A stretch of DNA of 64,000 nucleotides from NCBI GenBank assembly GCA_002633005.1, contig NMRA01000427.1, positions 186,001 through 250,000 of the forward strand, given 5' to 3'. Below the pieces are notes generated by a model that did not search any database, was not told the DNA's origin, and saw only the letters and a program-made list of their open reading frames with translations. The first letter of the stretch is position 1. Each line of letters starts with the position of its first letter. This document shows, one piece after another, positions 25,460-39,600 of the stretch. Source of the stretch: Phoronis australis. Taxonomy: Eukaryota; Animalia; Phoronida. Made by a program: the position numbers and the translations under genes.

Positions 25460-26730
25460 ATAAGGAGCCACTGAACAGTTCTCACAGGGCTTTGCCTATC
25501 AGAACAAACGTCAATGGACTCTTCACCCTTTCTTTATTCTGTCAAAAACTGCATGCAAATAAAGAAAACTTTAGAGTCATTTCATATCACAAGCCCTACA
25601 GATGAGCACAGAAACTTTGTTCTGTATTTTTGACCCTTTCACTCCCAGTGGAAACCAAGCTAGACTAACAAAAATTAGGGCAAAATCGGCACATTTCACC
25701 CAAAAATCACCACTTCCCTGCCGATGCTCGACTAAACCCAACATTAGATTCCGAAAGCAAATTTCCTACCAATTCCAAAAATGCGATCCAAAAGTACTGT
25801 CAACCATCTGGATTTTTTGCAAATCTGGCTTGTTTGAGGGCTTCCTGAAATCGCGGCAAATTTCTCAGTTGCTACACAGCAATGCACAATTGCAACAGGG
25901 GGCACCATCTTGAAAAAGAGTGCAGCTACAGCCGAGAAAGTGACCTTTTTATTCTCGGCATGTTCAAAAATACAAACAAACCACATTCACTTGGCCTACA
26001 TACAATACCTAACTAAAAATGCCCCCAAGCCTGGCCTATCCTTAGATTTTAATATTTTGGGAGTGCAAATTGGTCGCATCCTCGGTCTAACTGTTCAGTG
26101 CCACCTTATTTGGCAGCAGTGAACAGTTAGGCTGCGGCCACGGGGCATTTTCTAGAATTGGTGTAAAGGGCGTGTGCCGGGTTTAGCGGCTGTTTTGTGA
26201 AGTGCGTTGAAAATAATTTCAAGAAAACTGATTTGCTTGTGCTTTTGAATGAGAAAACCCACGTTTTTTAGCCGTGGTCTACTTTTGATGTCAAATGGTG
26301 GCTGTCATTTGCTTTCAACCCCTGTCGCCTCCAGTCTGGGAAACCGGGTGCAATTTTAGGTTGCTGTCAAACGGATCAAAATTGCCAAAAATTTAGCTGG
26401 TAAGGGGCATACTATGACCACATTTTTAGAATCTGGGAAGTACGAAGATTCTGAATGTGTAGTCAGATTTTTTAGCACTTGCAGGCAAGTGGTAATTTTG
26501 TGGAGAAAACTTTCAAATTTAGTGTTTTTGGTAATATGTTTGTGTGCCGGTCTTTTTTCCAGTGTGAATTAACCAATTAAATATGTGTAGTGTAATGAAG
26601 GTTCAGTTATCATGAGTAGTGCTTGTGAGATGGGAATGCTACAAAACTTTGTTATTTTCAGATTCTTTATAAGGACGTAAGGAAGGGCCTCTATTTCGGT
26701 GTGCGTCAGCAGCCAAAACCCTGCAATAAC
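25460..26730. mobile_element. old palindromic non-autonomous DNA transposon (possibly Kolobok-like)
   Basis: Diverged terminal inverted repeats (aaggagccactgaacagtt..cagggctttg / caaaaccctgcaataactgtaatgggcccccttt), internal inverted similarity 25890-25985 vs 26230-26315, ttaa at the right end. Confidence 0.4.
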
Positions 26731-26880
26731 TGTAATGGGCCCCCTTTAATCTATGATAGGGTGCGCCAGATAAACTAGACCATGTAGCGCAACATTAAAG
26801 GGTTTAATAATCAGACGGCATTCGAAGACAAAGAGAGGACCGGAAGGGCTTCAACCAAACACTGTCGTAGGAACAACATA

Positions 26881-26977
26881 CATTACTGCGTTTTCCCGTT
26901 GCTCCCAACTTGTTCGATTCTATAGCCCAACAACAGGTTGGGAAGTTTACCCCTGTAGCCAATATCTTACACGACTG
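26881..26977. repeat. 97-bp dispersed repeat with internal hairpin, copy 1
   Basis: Two mismatches versus 59982-60078. Confidence 0.9.
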
Positions 26978-29900
26978 ATTAACTCCAGTCTGGCACTTAT
27001 GGCCGGAGGGCCAGCTCTCTTTTGTTAGATAATTGCTCTAATCTCCAATAAGATCGTATCTACTCTGACTGGGTTGTGCTGTTAAAAATAAAAGTTAAGT
27101 TGTAACATATTTCATCATAAACCAATAGCATTTCTGAAATCTTCGTCAAATGGTGATCATGTTTTAGTTTTCGAGTCGCCAAAATCGCCCAACTGCAACC
27201 GAAGTTACGACAATCTATTCTTTCCTAATACACCAATTTACTCTGAGTTTGTCTATGTTCACACTTGGTCTGTAATGAGCTTGGTAGATAATTGACCTGC
27301 TTGTTGTCGTAACAGACAAAAGAGTGTGCTTGGCAGTTAAAACAAGGAATCTAGACGCTATGATACGCTCAGAGCCCCCTACGTCTGGTAAAGTCACTGA
27401 ACGGGAAAACGCTGCCATGTAAACAAGAAAATGACGTTGGGTCAAACAAAAGACTCAAAAAGACTTAGAACTAAGGAAGCAAACCAGACAGTGCATAATC
27501 AGTTACAGAGGATTTGACAATGTTTGTTTGTTTGCAACAGCTGAGGGTAAGACAAATGCCTTTATCCCGATGGCTGTGATACACCATATGATAAAACATT
27601 GACTTCCGGTAATTCCAGTGGTTCTTGGATCGACAAAGGGAGTGAATACTCCTACCTGTACTGTAACAAACATGTGTGGTAATTTCCAGCCTTCAGGAAA
27701 TGAAGAGGACTTAACTATTGCTAGATTTTCTTTTGATGGCTGTAAAGTAGTTCAATGGAATCATTTAGTGTTTTCAAACTGAAGAATTCATGTTGACAGA
27801 AATATCTGGTTTCAAACATCACATATCCATACTGAACAATATATATCATGACGTAATTCTGTCATCCACTCTTATGACACGAAAGGATCAACTGTGCAGT
27901 ACTTATTCAAAATTGGCTGCGATTCCTTTTACTCAAACTAATATGTACTTTCTTATCATGGATTTGGTGAATCAATATGGAGTCCGAAGAACTAATAATT
28001 TATCGAGACGAAGATCTTTCATAGTACTCCTCTTTTGCTCTTTCCAGGAGAATGCTCACATGTGCAGTTAACATTGCTTCAATCTCAAGTCTAATTTAGT
28101 ATCAGTTTGACTTTATGTAAGGCTAAACGAGATCACCTGAGGCAACAGTAAAATAACGGCATGCCAGTTCTCAAGTCTAGAGATCATTCCCAATGTGAGT
28201 AAAGAGCGCGATGAGACAAGTTTTATGACAAAATCGGTTTTGGCTTAAGGAGAGGGTTTAGTGCTCCTTAAAAATGCAACGCCAGATAAGTTCGGGTTTT
28301 GTCACCAAACAAGATTTTTCCTTCAAAATTCAAGATTGCACTTATTCACTACCGTGACAGGATTCATCAGGCAAAATCTGTTTCAGTGGTGCACATGAGG
28401 ACATCTGCTCTTCAGCTTGTCAGTCACTTTGATAATGTCAACATTTTTATACTCTACTGTCTGAGGTTTAGGAACTTTTGCGTTGCACAAGTCACCGCAT
28501 CTCGACAAGTACCCCGTGTCGATTGAAACACTGGTCGACAAAGCGAAATTAATGAGTTCGTTTTTGGTTAACTTTCATATCATCAACTTGGGGGAAACGA
28601 TCCTTTCTTAACTTTCCAAGAATGTAATTTTAAAAGCGGAAACTGAAAAAACTCCCAAGTATCAGTTTACGAGATTGCAAATTGATTTCAAGAAGTGTTT
28701 TATTACTTTTAATTACCCTGTCTCACACAAAATAATCTTTTACCACTGGTAGAGATGGTGACAAATGTGGACATCAGCATTTCCTTTAAAATTCTAGTTT
28801 TTTAAATTGTAACACACGTTGAAGCCAAAAATATTCAACACTCGGGCCAAACCCGAAATTGTTAGTGAAGGGGGGGTGCAGAAATTAGTATCAATTTGGG
28901 AGCAGTTTGCAATGAACAGCCCCTTTCTGGACCACGTGGCTAAGCCAGCGATACTGTTGTCAATGGTACTAACAAGATTCTACGTTAACTACATCTATGT
29001 AAATATGCCGAACATATTTCAGGTACATGTATAAATAGTGCCAGCAAGCCGAAATAACTGACAAACTAGTGACTGACGGAGAGTAATTGGGTGGAGAGTG
29101 GGGGTATCAATTTCAGTTATAGTTACCGGTAGTATATGACGTGGTGGATGTATTCCAACGTCAAAATACCGTAAGTCTGCTTGGTTAGAAATGCATTTAC
29201 TGTTCTGCGCAGGTGTATAGCACAAACTAACATGCAAGAAAAATAGCATTAATTTTATTAGAGCACATCCATTTAACAATAATAATGAACCATAGAGAAT
29301 ACATGGGCCATTCACAGAGTACGACTGCAATGTAAAATTTACGTTTTGCGCGGCTAGTTTCTTGCGAATTTGGTAAGAACACGCAAGTCTTCGAGATAGA
29401 ATGTCATGATACATTTCAGTGAAGCACCCGCTAACTCGAAAAATCCTGCGTTAGGAAAAGGGTGCTCAATCATTCTTATACATTACAAAGGCAGAGGTTG
29501 AGGCAGTTGCGTCATTCTGATTAGTCTCACACTTTTCATTCTGTCAATAAGTGTAGCGCCCTCTTTAGAAGACCTGTGTATTGACAACACCCTAATACGT
29601 GGCCATGTTGCTTATATTGCTCCCTCCAACTTAAACGCTGAGACTATCAAAACGTTTTTGCAATTTTTTAAGTCATGTTGGACAGAGAAAAGCGAAGGGG
29701 TTCGAATGACAACTTATCCCAATCAATTCCAGTTGAACTGAAGAAGACGTGGCTAACTCGCTACGGATTACCTAATTTTGCTGTGAAAACCAAATGCGAC
29801 TACACATGATTGCAGAAGTCATCATGGAAGAACTGAATCGTCTACAAGTGCCCCAATAATTAGTTGAATGACAAATATTAAATAGAAAAAGTCTCATGAA

Positions 29901-30339
29901 ACTAGCCGCTCTGGGCGAATGCCAAATTTTAACTATGAAACGGGTACGTAAATTCCCGTGTTTCACAAGTAGCTCCTAGGAACCTGTTTGGAGCTGAGAT
30001 CAGGCGTGCCCTCTCCAAGTGTCACGCCAATACGTGTACACGTGTTTTTCTCCTGAGTACAATTCTGAATAAATAAAACATTCCGTGTAACATTAATTCC
30101 GCTAAAATATTCGCATACGTACATGTGCATTATAAAACCTTTACTTGGGCAAATTCGCCAAAACCGCGTCTGTCTTTTACACGAGCACAAAACTCCATTT
30201 AATTTGTTTGTAATAAGTGTTTATGAATATACAAAATCATTTGCCAACAGTTTGTACCAGTAGTTATATAACGAAGTGACACTTCTGTTTTGCGATGCTT
30301 TTGTGGGGATTTTAATTGATATTCGCTTTAAAGTGCTAA

Positions 30340-30395
30340 GCTAGACATGCTGCCAGCAAGTAGAAATGCTAGACATGCTACCAGCAAGTAGAAAT
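30340..30395. repeat. 28-bp tandem duplication in the paralog B 3' UTR
   Basis: gctagacatgct(g/a)ccagcaagtagaaat twice; single copy in A at about 3619-3646. Confidence 0.9.
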
Positions 30396-30436
30396 GCCGA
30401 AGGTTTGCCATTACACTTCAGCATTTAGCCACATCC

Positions 30437-30669
30437 TTAGAAAGCCGCGTTATCTTTCCCCTCGCGCACCACGTGAATGGATCTATTTCGCGCCGCAAAG
30501 AACACAGTGACACCTATCATAAGAAGCAGAAGGATGGCTAGCACGGCCACAACTGCGTAGAAAATGGTTGCACTGATATGTCCTTCACAGATGGCGTTCT
30601 TGTCGTTGTTGTTGTTTTTCTGAGTCTTATCAACTACATTCACCTCTTCTTTGGTGATTATTTTGCCGT
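30437..30669 (-). CDS. paralog B coding exon 8 (TM, tail, stop)
   Basis: ...AICEGHISATIFYAVVAVLAILLLLMIGVTVFFAARNRSIHVVREGKDNAAF, TAA at 30439-30437. Confidence 0.92.
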
Positions 30670-33600
30670 CTGAAAAAGACAAAGCGCAAATTCATGGAAT
30701 CGTTCGGTAACATTTTTTAATCCACATTTACATTCTTCGTCAACGAAACATCTAGTCTCGAAAATCATAGTCCTAACCTTTAGGAACTCGTGTTTTCATC
30801 CTTTGTCTGGCACTGATGTTAACGTACAGAGGTCACGATAATTGCGACCGAGTTCACGGTTGGCAGGATTCGCTTATAAGGCAATTAGAAATTTTGCAAT
30901 TCTACACACTTAGGCCTGTCTGTTGTCAAAAATGTCCTACATGTATAACCAAAGTTCATCACAGTAGTTGGAAGACGGGTACTTCTGTAGAGTTTCGAAT
31001 TCCCATGTTGAATTCATCGTTCTGTTGAAAATGGCAGCTTTTCTCAGAAAGTTTTTGTCAAAAAAGGTATCCTTTCGTTGAAAAAAGTGGTCTTGATTAG
31101 AACTGCGTGTTTAAAACAATATCAGAAAGTTATAGTATTGGGCTCTCGAATTATTTGCACATGCATATAACAAGAAAGCGGGCGGTAGATTGAGGGGCGA
31201 GCGCTCCCTCCCCACTCATGAAGTCTAAGACAGCGTCCGCTACTAAGCAAGTACCCGGGAAGCGGTAATCGGCTGCATGCCTCCCCCCCCCCTTCCTGCT
31301 AAACAGGAACGTAGGAGAGAAGTGGGAGACCGGCTGCGCACGTGGCCCCACTGATGTGCAGGCGTGAGTGTGAAGACTTTGTGGCGACTGGAATAGCCGT
31401 TAGGGTGGAAAACAAGCACAATTAAGATAAGAAAGAGCCACAGAAACCGTGGAAAATAGAAAGCACTTCATTTGACATTTGAAATTGTTCCTGATTAACC
31501 ATAGATTGCGTGTTCATGCAAAGCACAACAGGATCAATACGTCTTGTAAGAAATTTGCGACGCTTCAGCGAACCTTGATACAGAGCGAAAAATGTCTAGT
31601 ACTTAACCCCAGAGATCACATGGAGATTTTACCAATATAAAACAATTGTCTGCAAATTGATTATTCAGTGGATTTTGAAGTATATCCAGGTTCATGAAAC
31701 ACACATTTGGCGCTTACTTCCAATTAAGCAAACCTACCAACACCTACGACCCCACTGACTCGAACCATCCTACGCCTATAACAAGAAGACATTAAACATG
31801 CAGTGGTAAGGAGCGTTATTAATTAACTGTTTGTAACTCACCATTTGAAGAAGTAACGGGAATGGTCATGGTGAATACACGAGACACCGTGCCTTCGTCA
31901 TCTGCAGACCTCCTCTTACGGCTAACGCATGCATTTTTATCCTTAAACAAACCAGATAAGATACTGAGATTTGTAGAGGAGTTTCATTTAGGGGAGTACA
32001 GTGTAGCGCCGAGATCGCAAAACATGCCAAGAAATCTTTTCTGTGAACGAAAACCTGTACAGTGCCGGAGATAATATGCCAGAGGTTTTAACTCCGCAGT
32101 GTTTTTCCAAGTGACGCGAGTAAATTTTTGAGGAAAAGTTCTCGGTTTGAACGATTGTCTGGTAGGGGCCGATATGGGATTTTTCAAAGGGGAGTTGTAT
32201 CAAGGATTTTTTAAAAAGGGGAATCACAGTCAACACTTTGAAAATTCTAGATTCGATGTCGCTTAAATCAAAGGGAAAGGGATGGCGGGCCCCCGTTGGC
32301 CCCCCTGGATCCGCCAATGTCTGGGTAAGAGACAAGAACCTTTCTGAATGGACACGGAGGTGTAAGATTTAAACTATCTGCCTCGTGGCCCAGTGCTTTA
32401 TAGTTATTGTCGATGAACATCGGCATAGGGCGACGAGGTTTAAACGGGAACTCGACAGTCATCAATCCTCAGTATTAGGAGTCAGGCGGCTCCCCAACGT
32501 CGGGAAAATTGGTTTATAGACAGAGATCGTGTAACTTCGTAATATAGTTTACAAAACAGCCACAGGCTTTGCATACCGAAGTCGGCCATTACAGGAATGC
32601 CATGAACAAACACAGAACAGCAGTATGTTAGTGAGCTATTCAAAGTCGTATTCTAGGGTTATATTAAAGGTCTATGTTTTATTAAATATATGATGGGACA
32701 TGAATTTGTTGTTTATTTATTATTCTAACTTAGGTTTTAATTATTTCAAATGGATCTGTTCCAGCGTTGGTCATTTAGGCCTACTCTTTTGATTCGTTTA
32801 CTTTCTTGAGGCTGAACTGTCCCCTGGAATCTATCCACACATGTTCTAAGCAGTACGACACAGTGTTCACAGAAACATCCCAGAGCCAAATAACCATTCC
32901 CTGATATGGCAACATTGTGATGAATTTCTTGTGATTTCCTGCGTTTTTAAGGTTGTTTTTGTGAGTCACTTAGTTCAGTTGCACAACATTACTGTCCCGG
33001 TGATACCCATATAAAGCCGTCCATTGAAAAAAATGGTATCTACACCCACGTTTTGTACTGGATTTAAGAAAGCAAAACTATAGTATTGTACATATCTGAT
33101 AATGACTTGTTATCGTATATGTGCCATACAGTGAAAGCTTTAAGAAAACCGTTTCACGGTTGCGTACATTTTACTTTCAGAAATTTCTTGAATGCCTCTA
33201 AGACGAAGTTGAGCCTAAGAGAATTGACTTTTACAAAGCATTTACTGACTTCATTGCTTGAAGTAATTTGGATGTTTTTTCAAGCTTGCCCTCATGATAC
33301 ATGCATACTTTGCTTCAAATACACTTGTGGTATAAATTGCAATGTCTCAAATTGTATACCAACTTTCCCCAAAGGAAACAGGACGAGATGTTACCACTTT
33401 GAATGGGCAAAAGACTCTGTAAGTTAGTCAATGCCTTTCAAATTTTGATCAGATCAGCACGTAGGTTCACAAGCCCAGCACAGACAATCAAGTAGTTAAA
33501 CTACAGGGGCGGATCCAGGATTTTGACTTAGGAGGGCCAGGGCACAGGAATAACCATAATTTCGCCGCATGCACGCAACCAGCATAAAATATAGGGATGT

Positions 33601-36600
33601 AGGAGGACTCCAATTTTTAGTTTGTGGACCTTTGTTCAAGGCCATGAATTTTGCATTAGCCGCCGAGCCCCCCTGGGTGCTCGCATATGCCATTCAGCAA
33701 TTCGTACCCTGAATTGCCAAATGGAATCAGGGAGAATTTTAGGAGGGGGCAATTGGCCCCCTTGGCCCTTCTCTAAATACGCTACTGCAGTTATAAACTT
33801 ATTTTGTGCTTGACACTGCCATAATGGTACTCAAAACTAAGTCTTCGTACGTATTGCTCGCTCCACATGGATTCTTACTGTGAAAATGCGCCGTGTTTTT
33901 GTCAGATCTTTTTGACTAAGCTCTGTCTTACCTTTGGTGAAAGCTGGTATGTTTAACTTTACTCGTCTTGGAAACAGTAGGTCATAAATAGTTAAACCTG
34001 TATCTGCCATAACTTCGTCATTGGGTAAAAGGTACTCCATTTCTCTACAATGTATCTGTCACTACACATAGCCCCGAATGCTTTAGATCTGTACATAATG
34101 TACCCATTTAGTGCAATTGCAACCAGTACTTTGCAGTATTGTGCGATATGTACTTGCTATATATGTTTCACCCCCTGTCAATGATTTCAAAACAGCTGAT
34201 CTGCTACCAAATACAAAAACACAAGAAGGCACACCAGCTCAGAAGGCTTGTTTTACAGACAGACTGTACTGGTTCCAGTGTTTAGTCTAGCATGCCTGTA
34301 ATGGCGTGACCTCAATATGGCGCTCCCCAGGAATTCGGCAGTTTCCGTTATGGAATCTGTCTATAGAAGGCCTAGTCCATTATTCTTCATTAATAATTTT
34401 TGCATCTATTTATTTACGGGGATAAATAATATTATCCATACATGTAGTTTAAGTGCCCTGTTTTTACTTCACGCAGTACTCATATCCGAGATGGCGGCTA
34501 TACTAAGGGTCAGATCACGTGACTACCGGACTTTTTGAAAAGCGCACAGAAAATAACAGCTGTGGCCAAACCTTCATGCTTTGTTCAAAAAGTGAACGAT
34601 TTTTAGTTAATTACAGTATACAGTAAGTAGAATGAGTTTCGTGGACACAGGAATCAGGCAACAAGCAATGTCACACAAAACAACACAAAATAACACGAAT
34701 CCCACAACGAGCATAACGGCAATAATACATAATGATGATGATGATAATGACAGCACCAATGACGGCAATGATGACGATGGTGATGTGATGATAATTAATG
34801 ATGGTGATAGTGGTGCTGGTGCTGGTGTTGGTGCTGGTGATGATGGTGACGGTGATGGTGGTGGTGGTAATGATGGGTGGTGGTGGTGATGATGGGTAGT
34901 GTTGTTGGTGGAGTTGTTGGTGGTGTACATGGTGGTGGTGGTAGTGATTGTAATGAGCCCGAAATTTAAAGGAGACTTACTTGCATTTTCTGATGCTTGA
35001 AAAAGGTCACCTTAACTTCAAACTTGACCTCCAGTTTAAGGTAAAATCTGAAGGCCTTCAGTTCAATATATATACTGAGCGTAGTTCCATTCGTTGTTGG
35101 AAAGCCTACTTCAGCGTGAGGTATATCGTCGCCTTTACATCTGAAAAAAAATATTAAATATAAGTATAAAGACCTGGAAACGCCTGATGACCAATCTAGT
35201 TCAAAATGGGCGGATTACACTTTGGAGGGCATTACACGTGATCAGCTATGGTGCTTTGTGAAGTTTTGCACCTCCTTACATGAGAGTGTTGACGTTGTGT
35301 GCTTACGAATGAAGCTAACCGTACCCTTAACAGATATTCAAAACAGAGTTCCAGGCTAGAGGTCAAGCATCATCCCAGGATGCAGAATGACCATCCCTAT
35401 TTGTTTGCGCTTTATCGCCGACTGGTCATAATTTTTTAACCCTCCGTAATTCTGTTCCTACACGCGCTCTCATCGGCGCCAAGTAGGGGCACGTTCCAAA
35501 AACTTGAGATCCTTGCGCGTCACTTCGTCGAAAATTTTGGCTCATCCAATTAAAACAGTCAATGTTTTCCCATTCAACATTCCTAGCTCTCGGAGTAATC
35601 ACTGGGTTACTTAGACGCAAGAATTTCGTGGGCAAACAGGTGTAATAACGTTCTTCGCTCGTAAAGCATTACTGGCGACATATCGCGAAGTGTTGCGTGT
35701 TCTTTCGTTTTTGCGAGCTTTTTGGGTCTCCGGAAGGCAGGCCTGGCCCCCTGCATGCCATTAAAGCAAATTTCCATCACAGCAGCTTCGGTTTTCTACT
35801 GCACAGAGTTCGATAAAAATCAAAATTAGTCCGGCTTGCGAAGACTGCATTGTATTGTTCGTTTCGCTAGGCGTAACAATCGACGCGCACGTGATCTCTA
35901 CTTAATCTCAAATCTACTGAACGCGTATCTGGTGAACCACATAGTCTCTACCTACCTGTTCTTGATGAGGTACAAGTTGGACCCTGCTGGAGACTTGGTG
36001 TACAAGTCATCAACCAAAGCGCCCTTGAAAACTGAAACGAAACCGAAAGCCGCTGTCATCGTAGTCACATGTACACTGTACAGTGTTGCATACACGTACA
36101 TTGCAAGTACGATAAACAGGTAAGGCTTGAGAGGTAAAGCTGCTATATATGTACACTCGTCATACAGTGAAAAAATGACGTTCGATACCATAGGCGGATT
36201 TAGGGGGGCCCAGGGAGCCCGGGCCCGCCCCCCCCCCCTTGGCTGCCGCAAAAAAACAAAACAGCAAGAGCGTAGGGAAATGTTGAGTTTATTAATTTGC
36301 CCCTGTAATTAAAATTATACGGATGAAAAAAGATTTAATTGTGTGCAGTTTTAGTGCTTGGGGGGGCTCAGATCCAATTTCAAGTGTCAAATTCGGAACA
36401 CGGCGCATTCGTAACCGAACTATGGCTAAGTGTAGGCTCTCCCGCGATATCTCAGGCGACCGGCAGTGGCGCTGCGCACTACGACTCCGTTTCCGTCGTC
36501 TGCTCCACTGTTCAATGGAGAAAATTTACTTCATTTTTTAAAGAAAATGGAACCTGAGTGACGATGAAAAAACAAAAGCTGCTGGTAAGATGTGAACTTT

Positions 36601-39600
36601 AATCGAAGCCTAAGTGAATCACTCAGAAACTCATTAATTCGCTCTTTGTCAAACCTTAACTTAAGACGATTTCCAAAGCAATCCCGTCATTATTGCCAAC
36701 ACGAAAAACGGATTTGGTCTTTTGGGTATTTGAAGACTATTTTAAATACAACAATTTGTTTAAGAACCGATTACACAAAATATAAAACGTGTAAAAAGCA
36801 TTACAAAAAGAAGTAGGTTTCGCGCGCAAACGCTGTGGACCATAAACAAGTAGGTCTCTTAGCACGAGATTTGTACTGAAATCGTGGCGGTGTAGTGGTA
36901 AAGCACGCGTGTCCTAACAGCCAGGTCGTGAGTTCGAGTCTGTGAAACTCGCAGTTTTTCCTGTGTGACACGTTCTTCGTGTTTTTTTTTTCTTGGATAA
37001 TACATCAGGAATCAAGGAAAATGCTTGATTTTTAGAGGAAAAAACAGAAAAATTTCCTGGGCGGGAGGGGGGTTTGCCCCCCTCCCTCCATTCGGCGCTG
37101 TGCGCATCTACAATCGTGGTTTGCGCAAATGCTTACAGCCGGAGAAAATGTTGGGCCCCCCTTGTGATATCCTAGATCCGCCACTGGATACACAGTAGAC
37201 CCCTTGCCGTTAGCTTGTCTCGTTTTTCTTAGAGATCAGTTAAGGACTACACACCGATTGCATGACACTTCGCTATTACTCTCGAGGAAGTTGGCATATC
37301 TCGAGAGTTGACTTGTGATGTGAGAACGGACTCTGGTAATAAATATGTGTCACTTCATTAACTGTGCATAGAAAACAAATTTAAAATGGTTGCATCTCGC
37401 TAATAGCCCCAAGTCAAAAGTATCTTTCTTGGACGGATGGCAGGTTTATAACACACCTGTAAGGTAATACATGTAGTTCAGCATTCATTTGGTAGAACTT
37501 AAATTCGACTCAATTTTGCTCGGTGCCTTTTGGGCAGTTTTTGAGTGAGCACTTGGTCTCCGTTGCAATTTCACAAGGTGTACCAAAATTTTGGCACAAA
37601 TTTTTAATGAGAATCTTTGTAGTGGTAACAAAATCAATGCGAGGTGATTTTTATTTACTTTGGGTCTAAAAATTACGTTCTCAAAATGTACGCCTCCAGC
37701 GCCTGAACTCTCATTTGCTCGATTTGATTGGGCAGTCATCTATACTCGTCACTGGCCGATGACATGAGCTAAACCTATTGGAAATTTCGTCAAAATTCCG
37801 AGGCTTGTCGATAGATTTTGACAAAATTTCCAAGAGGTTTTGCCCATGTCAAAAACCTGAGACGAGTGTAGGATTTTATTTCTCACATGAACCGTAGAAA
37901 CAATCTTTTTCCGAAAAACTCGACGTGTCTTAAACTTTCAACTACGTGCCGCAACTTTTGTAAAAATGCGTTTGCGCATTCTAAAGTAAACTCGGTTACT
38001 TTTTGTTAATAGTTTTATTTTAAACTTAACAACGGTAAATCTCATTCAGTTTTCGTAACAAACGTTTATGTAAGGATATAAAAAATAGTCTTTAAAGTTG
38101 TAAATGATTATAACTAACACAGTCAGCAGGGCTTCCCTGTGTGAGCGCTGAATTGACCTTAAGAAAATAGCTAGACAGTCTCACCGCGCTTCTTGAATTG
38201 GGATTCTTCTCCGTTTCAATGGACGTAGATAAGGACTTCGCCTCCCAACATGGGTCCGCTTAAGAAGTTGTTGCATGTCCCTTCGACCTGGAGTACGTAC
38301 AGTTGCGACACTCGATTTATCAAACCTAAATGTCACCTTCACGGAATTCCGGCATTGTTTAGTTTGCGTGTTTGGTTGATGGTAGGCTAAAAGTTTTGCA
38401 GAAGATAAAACGTAAGGCGTACGGATTTCTGCTTTGCACTATTTTGTGATTCGCTCATGTAATATCAAAAAAATTTGTACCCGTTATTATTAACCAGTCG
38501 TGTCGTAACACCTTCCAGGTCATGCAATAAATTACATTTTGTATCGTATTGCTAATATGCTAATATGCTAGCAATCTCCCCAGATGGATGGTATCCATCT
38601 TGAATGTGCCAGACCAAACACACTTAATTCAAAGTAAAATTTTGTTATACCAGGTATAACTGCAAGTCGCCCGACTGTAGGCCTAAAGCCCGTACCACAG
38701 ATACATGAATACTCCTGCCGGCAAAATACTGACAAACAGGAACCAATCAAACAAGCATAATTATCAGCATCTATAGAGACTTAGCATCAGTTTCGAAATA
38801 GCTAAAAAGAGAAAGTTTCCCATCGGTTTAATGTTAGAGGCTTTTAAACAACCGGCTTGCACGGTCCATAGCACTCGGTTCAACACAACAAAAAGACCGC
38901 ACTGCTATACGTGTAAGAAGTCACGTGATAGTCAATTTTTATTGCTCAGTCAACGCTACCTTTCGGTCACTCCCTGTCACTAATAACGCCGAATTCGGAT
39001 GATTAATGATTACCTGTCTGCCACTAATGCATGTATAACGCGATTTGGATCCAAACATACATGTAAGATTAGAAGTGCACAGTCAAATTACATTTTCATA
39101 TGTTTGACTTTTTCCGATTCATGTAATCACGGGGCGATTTAACAGTAGAATTTTTACGTTTGGTATATAGGTGTGATTATCTACAACGGTCCCGGCAGAA
39201 AACTAAAGAATTAGGAATGTTCAGGTACATATAAATGGCCACGTAATAATTTTCGAAGTACTTAGTTATTTCCAGCGCTATATAAATCTGGTCTATATAT
39301 TCTCACTGTTTTTATTCTATAATTTTATTTGACTGGGTCTTAAACGTCAAAATGACGTTATACTCAGCAAGCGAATTTTCCCAAATGTCCACAAAACAAT
39401 GTGCACTCAAATGACATACACCGTGGTTCGATAATTCGAAAAACAGTGCAAAACTACTTGGCACATAGTCTGTATATTGTGAAACGACTAACCTTTCAAC
39501 AATCCTATGTACATCTCCGAAGTGTGCTCACCTGCTACGTACTGACATCTAAATTAGAAACTTCTTTTCTAATTGGCTTTTGAAAAACAACACCGGAACG

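Noticed and set aside
34607-34930. His/Pro-rich and Asp/Gly-rich ORFs with an apparent TM segment
   Set aside because: Translations of the GAT/GGT microsatellite inside an intron.
36883-36950. tRNA gene
   Set aside because: A and B boxes only, no acceptor stem or full cloverleaf; treated as a SINE head.
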